In this document: piece after piece, positions 1-11,012 of the stretch | Layout of the letters: the number at the start of each line of letters is the position of its first letter | Position numbering within the stretch: the stretch's first letter is position 1 | Program-made: the position numbers and the translations under genes | Source of the DNA: Gordius albopunctatus | Taxonomy: Eukaryota | Reading direction: 5' to 3' | Assembly: GCA_964276515.1 (NCBI GenBank) | Contig: OZ193909.1 | Span: 3,906,001 to 3,970,000, forward strand | Length of the DNA: 64,000 nucleotides | Notes under the pieces: generated by a model | What the model saw: the letters and a program-made list of their open reading frames with translations, nothing else | What the model was told of the DNA's origin: nothing | The model's database searches: none

Positions 1-27
1 TTTTTGAATGAAAAAATAAAAACTCAC

Positions 28-52
28 CGAAGCAGAGTAATGTAATGAACAT
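28..52 (-). pseudogene. Serpin exon 1 of a preceding unit (remainder lies left of the window)
   Basis: ATGTTCATTACATTACTCTGCTTCG|GTGAGT on the minus strand, identical to 17647-17623. Confidence 0.7.
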
Positions 53-286
53 GTCGATCTTGAAAAAAATTATCTCAATATCCGTGAATGATTTTTCATG
101 GGGTCAGTATCTAAATAAAGAGATCAGCGACATCCTTAAAGTATAAGTAAATAGCATAGACTTGATAAATAGCCTCATTGATTTTTAAAGGTGCAATATT
201 TTAATGTCATAGAGAAGAATAATTTTGTTTCAAAAAATGCATTAAAACAGTGGATAATCTCCCTCTTATAATAAATTCAACAAAAC

Positions 287-516
287 CCTTTCACAAGATC
301 TCGTCTCGGTTTAGAAAAATCTCGTCTCGACGAGAATTCTCGACTTGTCTCGACTTATTTTATAAAAAATTTATACGAAATTAAAATTTCTTATGTTTTG
401 TTAAAAATATTAAATAAGTGATAAAAAAATCCAAATGGAAAACTTTTTATATTTTTCTAAGAACATAAATACACAAACTCCTTAAAGATCTAGCACGACA
501 CGACATCTCATTGACA
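287..516. mobile_element. Possible degenerate MITE (TCTCGTCTCG subterminal repeats) upstream of the serpin
   Basis: AGATCTCGTCTCG, AATCTCGTCTCGACGAGA and TGTCTCGAC at 296-353, with an imperfect inverse CACGACACGACATCTC near 494-509. Confidence 0.4.
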
Positions 517-959
517 AAATAAATATAATGAACTAATTCATACAGATAATATTTTCTATGGAAAGTGCAAATCAAAAATAAGCTATAAATAATTTTGATG
601 TATATAAAGTTGAATTTATAGTTCCAGCAAATTTAACATTTTATCTAATTCACCGTGTCTGTAAAATGTAAAAGACTTGAAAATTTATAATATTTGAATT
701 AATTATTGAATATAGCGTTATAATCCACAAAATGAGAGTGATTTTTAATGATAATAATATTATTTAAAGAATTGATAATTAGTTGCACATATTATAACGT
801 AAAACAAAAATAAAAGTGGCATTATCAAAGGATCAAGAACATATAATTGTAAACTTTAAATGAGAGCATGCGTATTTTATTTTATGACAAACATTTTAAT
901 CAAATTTGTATTCTAAATAATTACTTTCTAGTTCTAACTAACTTTGCCATTAACGATAT

Positions 960-2260
960 ATTTATTTGGATCCCTTCTGCGGATTCAAGGAAGAATTCTC
1001 CAAATTTCGAAATCGAAGGACATCCGGAACTTAAAATGATGTAGTTGGTGTATTGGGGAAATAGCTTGATAAAACCATTAATGAAGGCAGTGCGGCGAAT
1101 GCTATTGAAAGCATTTTTAAAATCCAGTTTTATAAAGGAGTCACCCAGAGCGAGGTGTTCCAGGGCTAAGCCTGCGGCATGGGTAGCTATCTCGCACCCT
1201 CCTTCGACCCCGAAGCCTAGTTGATGCGGTTTTAAAGTAGGGGTCAATATTGGTTTGATCGCCGAGCAAATTAATTTAGAAATAATTCTTCGGAAGACAC
1301 CGCCGATAGGGATAGGCCTGGCTGAATTGTCGGCCTTCCTAATAGCTAAAAGCTTAGCTCCAAAGACTATGGGCGTTATTTCTTTAGGTATACTCTCATT
1401 GACTAAAAGGTTACAAAATTTGGTGAGTAAGTCTAGTAAGATGGAGGAGTTATTATTATCAATTGTTATAAGATATTTTAAAAAAATTGGTTTTATGCCG
1501 TCGAGACCACCTGCAGAATCCATGGGAAAAGATAAGATGGCATCTCGAATGTCTGATGACTTAAAAGCAATATCTGAAGGTTGCGAGGGCGATAGGTAAG
1601 TAGAAGATAGACTCTGGGGATGTTTGAGAACCATTTCTTCATATGATTTTTGTGAAGGACTCAAAAATGAATTGTCTTCTTCGAGGTATCTCATTGCGCT
1701 TTTGATGTTGAATGAGTGAATTTTTCTAGAGTTTTTTTTCGCTTTTTGTTTGGGGGTTAATATTTGGGATTCCTTTCTATCCATGTTATATGCTGGAGGG
1801 CTGTTTATTATGAGTAATTATTGCTTCCTTGTCTTGAGGAATATATCAAATGTAAAAAGAGAATTTAAATAATTTCTTCCAATAGGATAGGTTCGGAGGG
1901 AGAGAAATAATATTGTTAAGTAATTTTATTAAAAACTGTTGCATGCACGCCAGGGCCCCCCTTGGAATTCTGGATATGGTTGGTGGGAATGCTTGAGATA
2001 AAAAGGCTCTGCTCCATGTCATGTCATTTTTTTCATTTGTGGTATAGTAGGTTTGATGATGTATTAGATTAGGTATATCTGTACCAGAAGGGCTAAAATT
2101 AATGTTATCATCCAATATTAAGGTAGATGGTGGACGTATTATGTTTGGGGGAGCGAACTTCCCTGATGAGGGGCATTTATTTGTAACAGGGCTATGTTGT
2201 AAAAAACAATACTTTTTGTTTAATTAGATATTTCTGGAGCACAAGGGGCATAGGGATTTC
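960..2260 (-). mobile_element. CRE-clade non-LTR retrotransposon, degenerate 5' half (Zn-finger-like N-terminus plus N-terminal RT)
   Basis: ORF 921-1784 contains SAGGLDG, FGAKLLAIRK..RPIPIGGVFRR, PHQLGFGVEGGCE and KLDFKNAFNSIRR, and is truncated at EGIQ just before QGDPL. An upstream CPLC..H..C motif lies near 2250-2165, with stops and frameshifts. Confidence 0.85.
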
Positions 2261-2339
2261 GAAAGGACTATTTAATATGTATTAGAATTTTATCACAGGC
2301 AAAAAGATTTATTTATGTCAAAACGAATGATTTATTGTA

Positions 2340-3420
2340 ACCATTGCACGGTTTACTTATCGGTACGGATCCTGATTCTAGTCTGTTCCTCAAGTCAATT
2401 CGGACATTCGATTTATGCTTCCAAATGACATCGTTCGGAGCAAAAGAAATAGTTGAGAATAATGCTGAAAACTGTCAACAATTTAATTCAACGTTTAAAA
2501 TGAAAAGCAAGGTTTTCACAAAGGGGGTTCATTGCTGCCGATGCCAAAAGAATCTTATAAATTTTTACAAATTTACTTTATGGGTGGTGGCGACTGCGAA
2601 CGCGCACTCGCTAATCGCGTGAATGCACGTTGCGGCTACAACAACAAAAATTTCTGCGAATATTTGGTAGGTCTGAGAATTGGTTTTAAACTATTTTTTA
2701 AACCACTAAGTGATAAGACGTTCAAGTTATTTTGTTACATACGTTTTGACGTTTAATAAAATGTCAATCAAAAGCAACCTCATGACGTCATACAGGAGTA
2801 CTGTAAAATGCAACAATTTAAATAATCTTTCATATAAAAAAAGAGCTGAAGTATTCTATTTATTAAAAGTATTCTATTTATTAACATATCCGCAATAATA
2901 TTTTGCCCCGCACGTTGCTGGATGTATTCGAATGAGTACTTTAAAACTTGATAATCAGTTTATTGTTCACCAAAGAAATCCAATGGACGAATACGAGTTA
3001 TAACTTATAATGATATTTAATCAAATTGTCAAGACAACAATATCTTGGATTTAAATGTTCTTTTTTTTTTTTTTGTTAAAGTTTATTTTCAAGAAACAAA
3101 GTTACATTAATAAGCGAAATACAAAAATAAAGACATATGGTAGAACTGGCAAAACATTTCTCATTTAGATAATTCTTGCCGACATACGATACAAAAAAGG
3201 CATTGCATTGGCTGTGTCATTAAAATATTAATGAAAAACTCGAAGTCAGCATTTTGAATGGCAAGGTTCGATGTGAACATGTATGCTGTCACGAATCCCT
3301 ATGATTCCCACATATATGCCGATTGAATTCAAACGCATAAAATTTCCAATTAGATTGGCATTCCCATGACAATCAATAAGGCGCAAGGCCAAACGATGTC
3401 TATTTATAGCTTAAATGAAT
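2340..3420 (+). mobile_element. Helitron remnant with a ~1.1-kb internal deletion
   Basis: Same as 30520-32700 but lacks 31240-32340 (junction TTAAATG|TTCTTTT at 3057/3058). Confidence 0.85.
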
Positions 3421-3565
3421 TATTTTTTAATCGTCATAATTTGATGTATATATAGGTAGCAAAAATGATTTAATAAAGTATAAAGAATGAAATTAATAAA
3501 TGATTAGTGTATTGTCATTTATAAGCCAACAATCATTAACCTGCAATTTATTTACTAATTTCTAA

Positions 3566-4024
3566 TATAACAATTAATTAGTTGAATAAAACGAGCTGAA
3601 GTACAAATATTAATAATAACAATTAATTAGTTGAGTAAAACGAGCTAAAGTACAACTATTAACAATAACAATTAATTAGTTGAGTAAAACGAGCTAAAGT
3701 ACAAATATTAATAATAACAATTAATTAGTTGAGTAAAACGAGCTAAAGTACAAATATTAATAGTAACAATTAATTAGTTGAGTAAAACGAGCTAAAGTAC
3801 AAATATTAATAATAACAATTAATTAGTTGAGTAAAACGAGCTAAAGTACAAATTTTAATAGTAAAAATTAATTAGTTGAGTAAAACGAACGGAAGTACAA
3901 ATATTAATAGTAACAATTAATTAGTTTAGTAAAACGAGCTGAAGTATTAATAATAATAATAATTAATTAGTTGAGTAAAACGAGCTAAAGTACAAATATA
4001 TATAATAACAATTAATTAGTTGAG
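3566..4024. repeat. 49-bp minisatellite, about 9 copies
   Basis: Unit AACAATTAATTAGTTGAGTAAAACGAGCTAAAGTACAAATATTAATAAT. CGAGCT recurs at 3592, 3641 and onward (period 49). Confidence 0.95.
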
Positions 4025-4058
4025 ATATTATTTGAAAATTATACAAATTAAAGTCGTA

Positions 4059-7000
4059 ATGCAAAATTTTATGCATAAATATTTATTATTTATATTGGCG
4101 AGTAAGCTTTAATATATATTTGACTTATATTAAATATAATTATATCGATTTAAATCATTGGAAATTATTAAAAATTACCTATTCAATATTTTGATATTTT
4201 GTTAAAATTCCAAAATTTTTTAAAATTTAGTTCTATATAAAGTCAACTTTGCGCTAACGTACGAAGAATTTAATGACAATTTCAATGCGTGTCCTATAGG
4301 AAGTTATGGAATTGATTGCTCACAAAGTAAAATAACACCTTTAAAAGTATCAATGAAAAAGTTTAAAAAAAGTCATAACATTTCGATTAGAACCTAACTC
4401 AATATGAAAAATCAAATATCGTTTTTCATTTGGATATTTAAACTATATTCGTTGGTTAAGGTTTGTAGAACAGAATCAAACAATCAATTCTTTTTAAACA
4501 AATCAGAAAGGATTAAAATAAACTTTTTTGAATTAAAAAATTTAGAAGTAGTAAAAGGCTTTCATTAGTTAGTAAATAATATTAAAACGTTTCGAAAATT
4601 AGCCCACTTCACAGCCTAAAACTACAAATCTAGTTCCACTAAATAATGCCTCATAATCTTAATACTATATAAATTAACTAAAATTTAACGTTAATAATAA
4701 CTTTGATAAAATAGACAGTTAAAAAATGTTAAATACTTTCAATAAAACACATTTATAAAAACATATATTCTTTTGTTTACGCATATTTCACATGCTTATT
4801 AATAGATTGTTCGTGTAACTTGAAAGGCTCATTTGGTGAATGTGATTTTTATGGTTGGTGCATATGCCATGATAACTATTCCGGAGGCTATTGCCAAGAC
4901 GGTTATAATAATTATGACACATAATATATTCATTTCCAATTTATCAGTTATGTTATTTATGATTTGGCTATCAAAAAATTAATTTAGAATTAAGAAAATT
5001 TTCTTCTTCTTTATCAAGTATTTGATCTCACTGTCGTCGGATTTGTTTTGACAGTTTTCTTTTATCTTGAATTGGTAAGGGCCATGTCTTGGTTAATATT
5101 CTTATTATTCATAACTTTGTCCACTTGTCCTTGCAATGAGACAAGAGCGTCCTCCTCCTCCTTTCCACGATACCCCCATATACAGTACTTTTCGAATACA
5201 TCACTCGTCTTCCTTCTTAGTATGTGCCCATCTTTTTTCGTTAAGTCCGTCATAAGTTGAATATCCATTTTCGTCCTGAGAAACATATGGTCGAGCTTAG
5301 TATACCCAAGGCTCCACCATATGACTCTCTTCTCCATGGCCTGTACCAACTTTTCTTCCGTGACGTATAGTGCCTCTGTAAAGTAACCCCAATCTTACGA
5401 TGGATTTGTAAGCTTTGTTCTTCAACCATAGTGGAATTTTCTTGTCGCACATTACACGTGATAGACTTCGCCATTTAAGCCATCTTTTTTGAATCCGGGC
5501 ATTTACGTGTGTTGCGTAATCTCTCTCCTAATGTTGCATCGAGTCAAGGTATGCAAACCTATCTACTTTTGGGTACTTCATATAATCATCTAATGATGTG
5601 GTGTCTATAACCTTTATCTCCATGTACACCGTTTTTATATTTTTGACCTTTAAACCATATTCCGCTGAGCGCTTTGACCATTTTTTGGCTTCTTAGAATA
5701 CTTTCTCCTTTGTCCCTTCGCATAGTAATATATCATCGGCATATAGCATACAGCAGATGGCTTATAAATGTCTCTAGTTATCATCCACAATTATATTGAA
5801 TAAAAAACGATTTAAAGCAGATCATTCTTGTAATCCAATTTTAACCTAAAAAGGTTGAGAGTCTCCAACTGTCGTCCTAACGCACGTTGAAGTTTGATAC
5901 ATATTTTTCATAAGTTGTACATATGCGTCAGGGATGATTTATTTTACATTTACCAAAATATGGACTTTGCAACAAAACCTAATTTATTTGTATATGACCT
6001 TCACCCAAACTAAATTTTTATATCATATAGGATCAACATCTAATCAGATGAGAGATTTAAAGTAAAAAGCAGCTGACTTAACTTGCTTTTAAATGCCACA
6101 ATTAAAACATTTTGATAATCATCTATGTTGTATAAATCAAGGAAACACATGTATGAATAGAAAACCAATTCAATGCAGGGGGTTAAGATTAATTAGTTCA
6201 TATTTAATTAAAATACCGTTAAAATTTATCTATATGAAAGACATTATTACTACGCTCTCTATATAATAGTAATAATAATAAAATTCTGAGCTAGACTCAT
6301 ATGCAACAAACTTCATTGTTTATTTAGTGAGTAAATGTCCATCTAAAAAGGTGAATCCAATCGGAATGTGCATTTGTCAGGATTACGTTGTTGGGCAACT
6401 CTGCAACGAAAGTAAGTAACTTCTAAACCTATTTACTATGGCATAAGCCAACGATTTGAAAAAATAAAAATGAAATGTATTTTTGGGGCAATTACAGAGT
6501 GCGTTCGGAGTCAAACACTGTGGACTCATAATGGATACTGCGTTTGCAAAGATGGATTTTATGGTCGTTTGTGTGAATCGGGTACATTATTCTCTATTAA
6601 CCCTCGAGAGCATTCGTGGGGTCCAAACACAAATATAAAATGCATTTAAAAACGAATTAATCTGGCCTTTTCAGTAGCCTAATATTTTACCAAGAACTAA
6701 GTTTTAGGAAAATTTCATAACTTTTGGCCCACTACTTTTTAAACTGTGTACCCCACGAATGCTCTCACGTAAGTTTTTTTCTATTGGAAAAAATGTATGT
6801 ATTTTTTTTGTTTGATGATATCTTTTACAATTTGTGTTTTTAATATATTTTGGACATTCTTTTAATAAAAAATCACGTTTATTTTGATTTATTTTAAGGT
6901 ATATGATGTCAAGAGGTAAAACTCTAAAATAGTCAAAATAAAAATGGGGGTCAAGAAAATCGTTAATAAGTTTTGTAATGTTGATTAGATTCATATCAAA

Positions 7001-10000
7001 ATTTATACCATCAATCTTAAGACCTTTATAAACACATTTTCAAAATTTGAAAGGTTTAAAAAAATACTTAAAAAGTTATAGGAAGTTAAAAAATGGGGTC
7101 AAATATACCCCACGAATGCTCTCGCGTTCGTGATTTTCAGGAGTGCTCTCGAGGGTTAATAACGTCGTTAATTTGTTTCATAAAATTTTGAGATAAATTT
7201 GGCTTGTTCGTGATAACTGTGAAGGTGTACAAAGGTCACAACACCATAGAAATTGGTGCAACTCGTTCATAATGAGTTATTTGAGTTTTAAATAGAAACT
7301 ATTGAACTATAAGTGATATCAAAATCTTACTTTTGCGGTGTTTTAAGAAGAATATTGCAAATAATAATTAAATGACATTATTTATAAGTGAGTTAAAAAT
7401 TTATATATAACTTACGTAAGAAATTCAAGTCACTGTTAATATTTCAAAACTTATATTGATTTATATTTGGGTATTGAAGATAGATATATTTATGACTCTA
7501 ATCAAGATATTAATAAATTTAACATTAAAAATTATCGCACTTCCTATCCATTTAAAACAAAGCAACTAGATGCTATAAGGAGTTAAAAGAGGTTTAAAGA
7601 AAGTCGATCTTAAAATTAGAAGGCAGTAATCAAGGTTATTTAAAATATGAAACCTTATTACAATTTTATATTTAAAAATCTTTTTTAGCTATAACTAAAT
7701 CATAGAAAAAAATATATATATATATTCTAAAATTTCTGACTTTATCAAATTCTCAAATTTAATGATTAATTCCGTTTTTTGTTATTACATTTTACCAGGG
7801 ACGAATATAATATAACAACATTGTTAATATTACCCGTCACAGTATCTTATATAGCTGGCTAATAATCATTCTAAGATTAATCTAAACTAAAAATTAGATT
7901 ATATTTGAAAATTGGAAACCATCAGGTTGAGATGTATGTGATTATCGATTATTATTTCGAATGATTTTCACATGTTTATAATATTTTTTATTTTAACTCC
8001 GACATTTTAGGAGCTTACAGTTTGGAAATTTAACAAAATTTCCTTCAATAGATATAATGACTTTTTCATCAATTTTTTTATGAAAAATTTGTAGTTTCTA
8101 GATTTAAAGTTTAAGATAAGAATAAATGACTTAAAAGGTCTGGGTCCCCTTATTAAATTATATCAAAATTGAAAAATTCAATAATCATATCTTAAATTCA
8201 CCTCTAATGTATTTGTTAGTTTGTAGTTGTAAGCATATGAAAAATGGAAACAAATGCTCTTGGGAAGGCAAATGCGAATGCCCAATCGGCAAATATGGAA
8301 GCAACTGCAGTTCAAGTATATATATATATATATATATATAATTTTTATATATAAGATTTAGTCTTTGTTTTAATAAGTTTCATCCATCTTGACGTTATGA
8401 AATTATGTTTAATCATTATCCTATATATATATCGCGTGTGTTATTTAACTATTTTATTATTATGGACATGTCTAGGGGTGCCTATCCCCCCTCTTTTAAT
8501 TGCTATGCATTTCATGGTTAATACATATTATTATATATTAAGCCAAATGAGGATTAGAATTTAAAAATATCATCAGTATGCATCTCAGTTAATCATGAGC
8601 ATCTTCTTTGCATCCCCATTTGAGTAAAATCTGACTTAGCCCATCATAAATTCCACCTTAACTACTCTCTATTACCAACTTATTTTTTTATAATAAATTT
8701 TTGAATACCAAATTTTCAATGATTAAAGCAATAAATGATCAAAACATCCTACCTTAAAAATTCATTTTCAGTGATAAGTTAATTTAAAAAATGAATTTTT
8801 TAACACTCTCTGTGTTGTAATTTCAGGAGTTCTCTAGGTACACCTCTCAATCATTGATTTAAATTTTACAGCATATTTATTTAGGGGGAAGAATTTTATT
8901 GTGATTTCAGTAGTAAAATATATAATTCAATTTACTCCTCATTTTTAAATTCTACCATTTTTACATCTTAAACTCATAGTTACCTATTTAAAATGACTAC
9001 TTCATAGATTTATTCTCATATAATTTCAATAAATAAAAAGCCATATTTTTATTTAATATAAAATTTTTTTTACCAAATTGCACATCTTCTGTAATTTTAA
9101 ATGCAAGGAGTAATAATTTTGAATCGTTAATAGATTGCGAATGCCATGAACGCAATTCCAAATCTGCCGAATGCAAATGCCATTATGAACGCGATTCAAA
9201 ATCTGGTGAATGCAAATGCCATAAAGGCGATCCCAAATCTGGCGAATGCAATAGAAAGCGTTGTTATTGCAAAACAGGGTTTTATGGCGACGATTGCAGT
9301 AAAGGTATTGGTGAATGTCATTTATATAAAAAATAAATAAATAAAGCTCGCTTGTTTTGCTATAAAATTAGATAATACAGATTGGCAAAACATTTGACTA
9401 GTGATGATTATGTTTTAATACGTATTAATGATGAACACATGAAGTCTGGTTTAACATGTTTTATAAATTAGGGCTTTGTAAAGATTGTCAAATCCTTTAT
9501 TTTTATTATTAAACCAAAACACGCAATGATAAAAATCAAATAACAGCGAAATTAAATATAAGCGAGGGTGTTGGTAAGGATGATAAAAAATTTAGCAGGT
9601 TTGATGATTAGATAACTAGCTAGGTGCAGTTGAAAGCTATGTCAACAATGTGATGTTGGTAGAATAAGATGTGATCGCAAAAGTAATGAATAAATGGAAT
9701 ATCCAGAGGAGCAGAGTAACGTTGGAGTGAGTCCTGTAATCCTTTTATATATGTTTGATAAATCTGGAAAAATCTATATATTTCTCGTAAAAAAAAACAA
9801 TTTGGTACATGCCAATAAAAATACCAGTTTAACTGCAGTTGGATACATCGAAATCGCCACAGCTTAATTAAAGTGACAATAACATGCGTTTTCAACCATT
9901 TCTGATTGACCTATAAGTTTAAAAGTCTTTAAATTATTTCTAGGGGAACCTTATAAATCTATTAACATATGGAAATAACTTTTTAGATTATTCCAAAAAA

Positions 10001-11012
10001 ATGAGCTTTTTACGTAATGTTGTTGGGATGCTTCCGCTAGATTCAACGTCTTCCATTCTAAGGCTGTATTAATTACAAATGCTCTTAGAATGGTAAATTT
10101 TGTTATTGATACTTCAGATAAAAAAGTTTTTCATTTAAGAAAAAAACGAAATTAGTAACATTCTTTTATACAATAACAATACTAATATACAGCGAGGTTT
10201 CTGGCACTGATACCAATGTGTCTCTAAAAGTGTTAAAACACCTTGATACATTATTAAAAATATGATCTCGATATTCTTCCCACAAGCTACTGGTATGCTT
10301 CAAAGATTATCTTAATTTAAAAGAACATTTTATATGATTCTTATGAGTTTAGTGCTCAACTAAATATTTTTGATTTACCGAATATTATATATATTATTTT
10401 ACGTATTTATACTAATTTTGTATAAATCTAGAATGCCCGAAAAATTGCATTAACGCCTACGGACGTAACGACTGCAACATTGAAGGCGAATGCATATGCC
10501 TAGATGGCTATGCTGGGGATCGATGTCAAAATGTAATGCATGGAATATCTTGAGCTAATATACCTGTTCTCATAAATCAGCATAAAAAATGGCTAATCAT
10601 TTGAGATGGAAAACTAAGACGATTGTCAAATTTGTCTCTTTAGCGTAGTGTAGTAAAAACGGTTGGGTTTTATTTGGTCGACCTTCGGTTTTAGTGGATT
10701 AAACATAAACAAACCAAAGGTTTTTTGGTCTGTTCTCCTTAGTCGACCTCTAGACTTAGTCGAAATTTTAAAAATAGACCAGAGTCGAGCATTTTGCAAA
10801 TCAAATTCCTCAAAAGTGCACCGTATCTACTTGTTTCACTATAGATCGGGTGTGTTGAAAGCTATACAAGTTTCGCTGTTGATCTCAGAGCATCATAAAA
10901 ACTATTAGTTAAATAAATTAAGAAACCAATAAATATTATTCTATTTTTCTAGAAGTCAACATCCGATCCAATAAAAGAATGGCTTCAACTTAACGCCCCA
11001 AAAATAACATAA
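4059..11012 (+). CDS. Secreted cysteine-rich EGF/laminin-type EGF repeat protein, 9 exons, 276 aa (copy 1)
   Basis: Manual splicing with all introns GT..AG: 4059-4101, 4231-4326, 4806-4901, 6328-6411, 6498-6581, 8220-8315, 9134-9304, 10432-10532, 10953-11012 (831 nt, no internal stops). Protein: MQNFMHKYLLFILAILYKVNFALTYEEFNDNFNACPIGSYGIDCSQNCSCNLKGSFGECDFYGWCICHDNYSGGYCQDVSKCPSKKVNPIGMCICQDYVVGQLCNEKCVRSQTLWTHNGYCVCKDGFYGRLCESVCSCKHMKNGNKCSWEGKCECPIGKYGSNCSSNCECHERNSKSAECKCHYERDSKSGECKCHKGDPKSGECNRKRCYCKTGFYGDDCSKECPKNCINAYGRNDCNIEGECICLDGYAGDRCQNKSTSDPIKEWLQLNAPKIT. Hydrophobic N-terminus, repeated CxC-x2-G-[FY]-x-G-x2-C motifs, AATAAA at 11074. Confidence 0.85.
5000..5945 (-). mobile_element. 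RTE-clade LINE 3' fragment in intron 3 of the EGF gene
   Basis: The minus strand reads GLQE*SAL..FLFNI, MLYADDI, VMCDKKIPLWLKNKAYKSIVR, MEKRVIWWSLGYTKLDH and GHILRR, and ends in a GAAGAAGAA tail near 5000-5010. Copies at about 34284-35229 and 52975-53920. Confidence 0.8.
6601..7155. mobile_element. Non-autonomous piggyBac-like MITE (555 bp) in intron 5
   Basis: TTAA|CCCTCGAGAGCATTC ... GAGTGCTCTCGAGGG|TTAA (15-bp TIR with 1 mismatch, TTAA TSD). Internal copies of ACCCCACGAATGCTCTC near 6749 and 7107. Confidence 0.9.
8317..8341. repeat. (TA)n microsatellite directly after the exon-6 donor
   Basis: TCAA|GTATATATATAT... Confidence 0.9.

Noticed and set aside
1255..1599. Plus-strand 114-aa ORF (and similar ORFs 5048-5260, 12324-12536, 13673-13909)
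   Set aside because: These are antisense shadows of TE coding fragments.
921..1784. Functional or domesticated RT, retron or group II intron
   Set aside because: The ORF is truncated before QGDPL and the YxDD motif. The motifs fit a CRE-type non-LTR fragment, and the upstream region has stops.
2155..2200. CTGATGAG as a hammerhead ribozyme core
   Set aside because: No stem II followed by GAAA was found; the site is antisense to CRE coding sequence.
3566..4024. CRISPR-like array
   Set aside because: The units are contiguous and near-identical with no unique spacers. The context is eukaryotic and there are no cas genes.
8470..8850. Possible MITE (AGGGGTGCCTA ... TAGGTACACCTCT); similar GC-rich patches at 10670-10790 and 11525-11570
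   Set aside because: The inverted ends are too degenerate and there is no clear TSD.
9146..9340. ORF MNAIPNLPNANA... as a repeat peptide
   Set aside because: It is a shifted frame of EGF-gene exon 7; the Cys-rich frame is bounded by proper splice sites.
9540..10300. ORF 9620-9895 or a further TE remnant in intron 7
   Set aside because: Composition suggests decayed coding DNA, but I found no motif I can assign with confidence.
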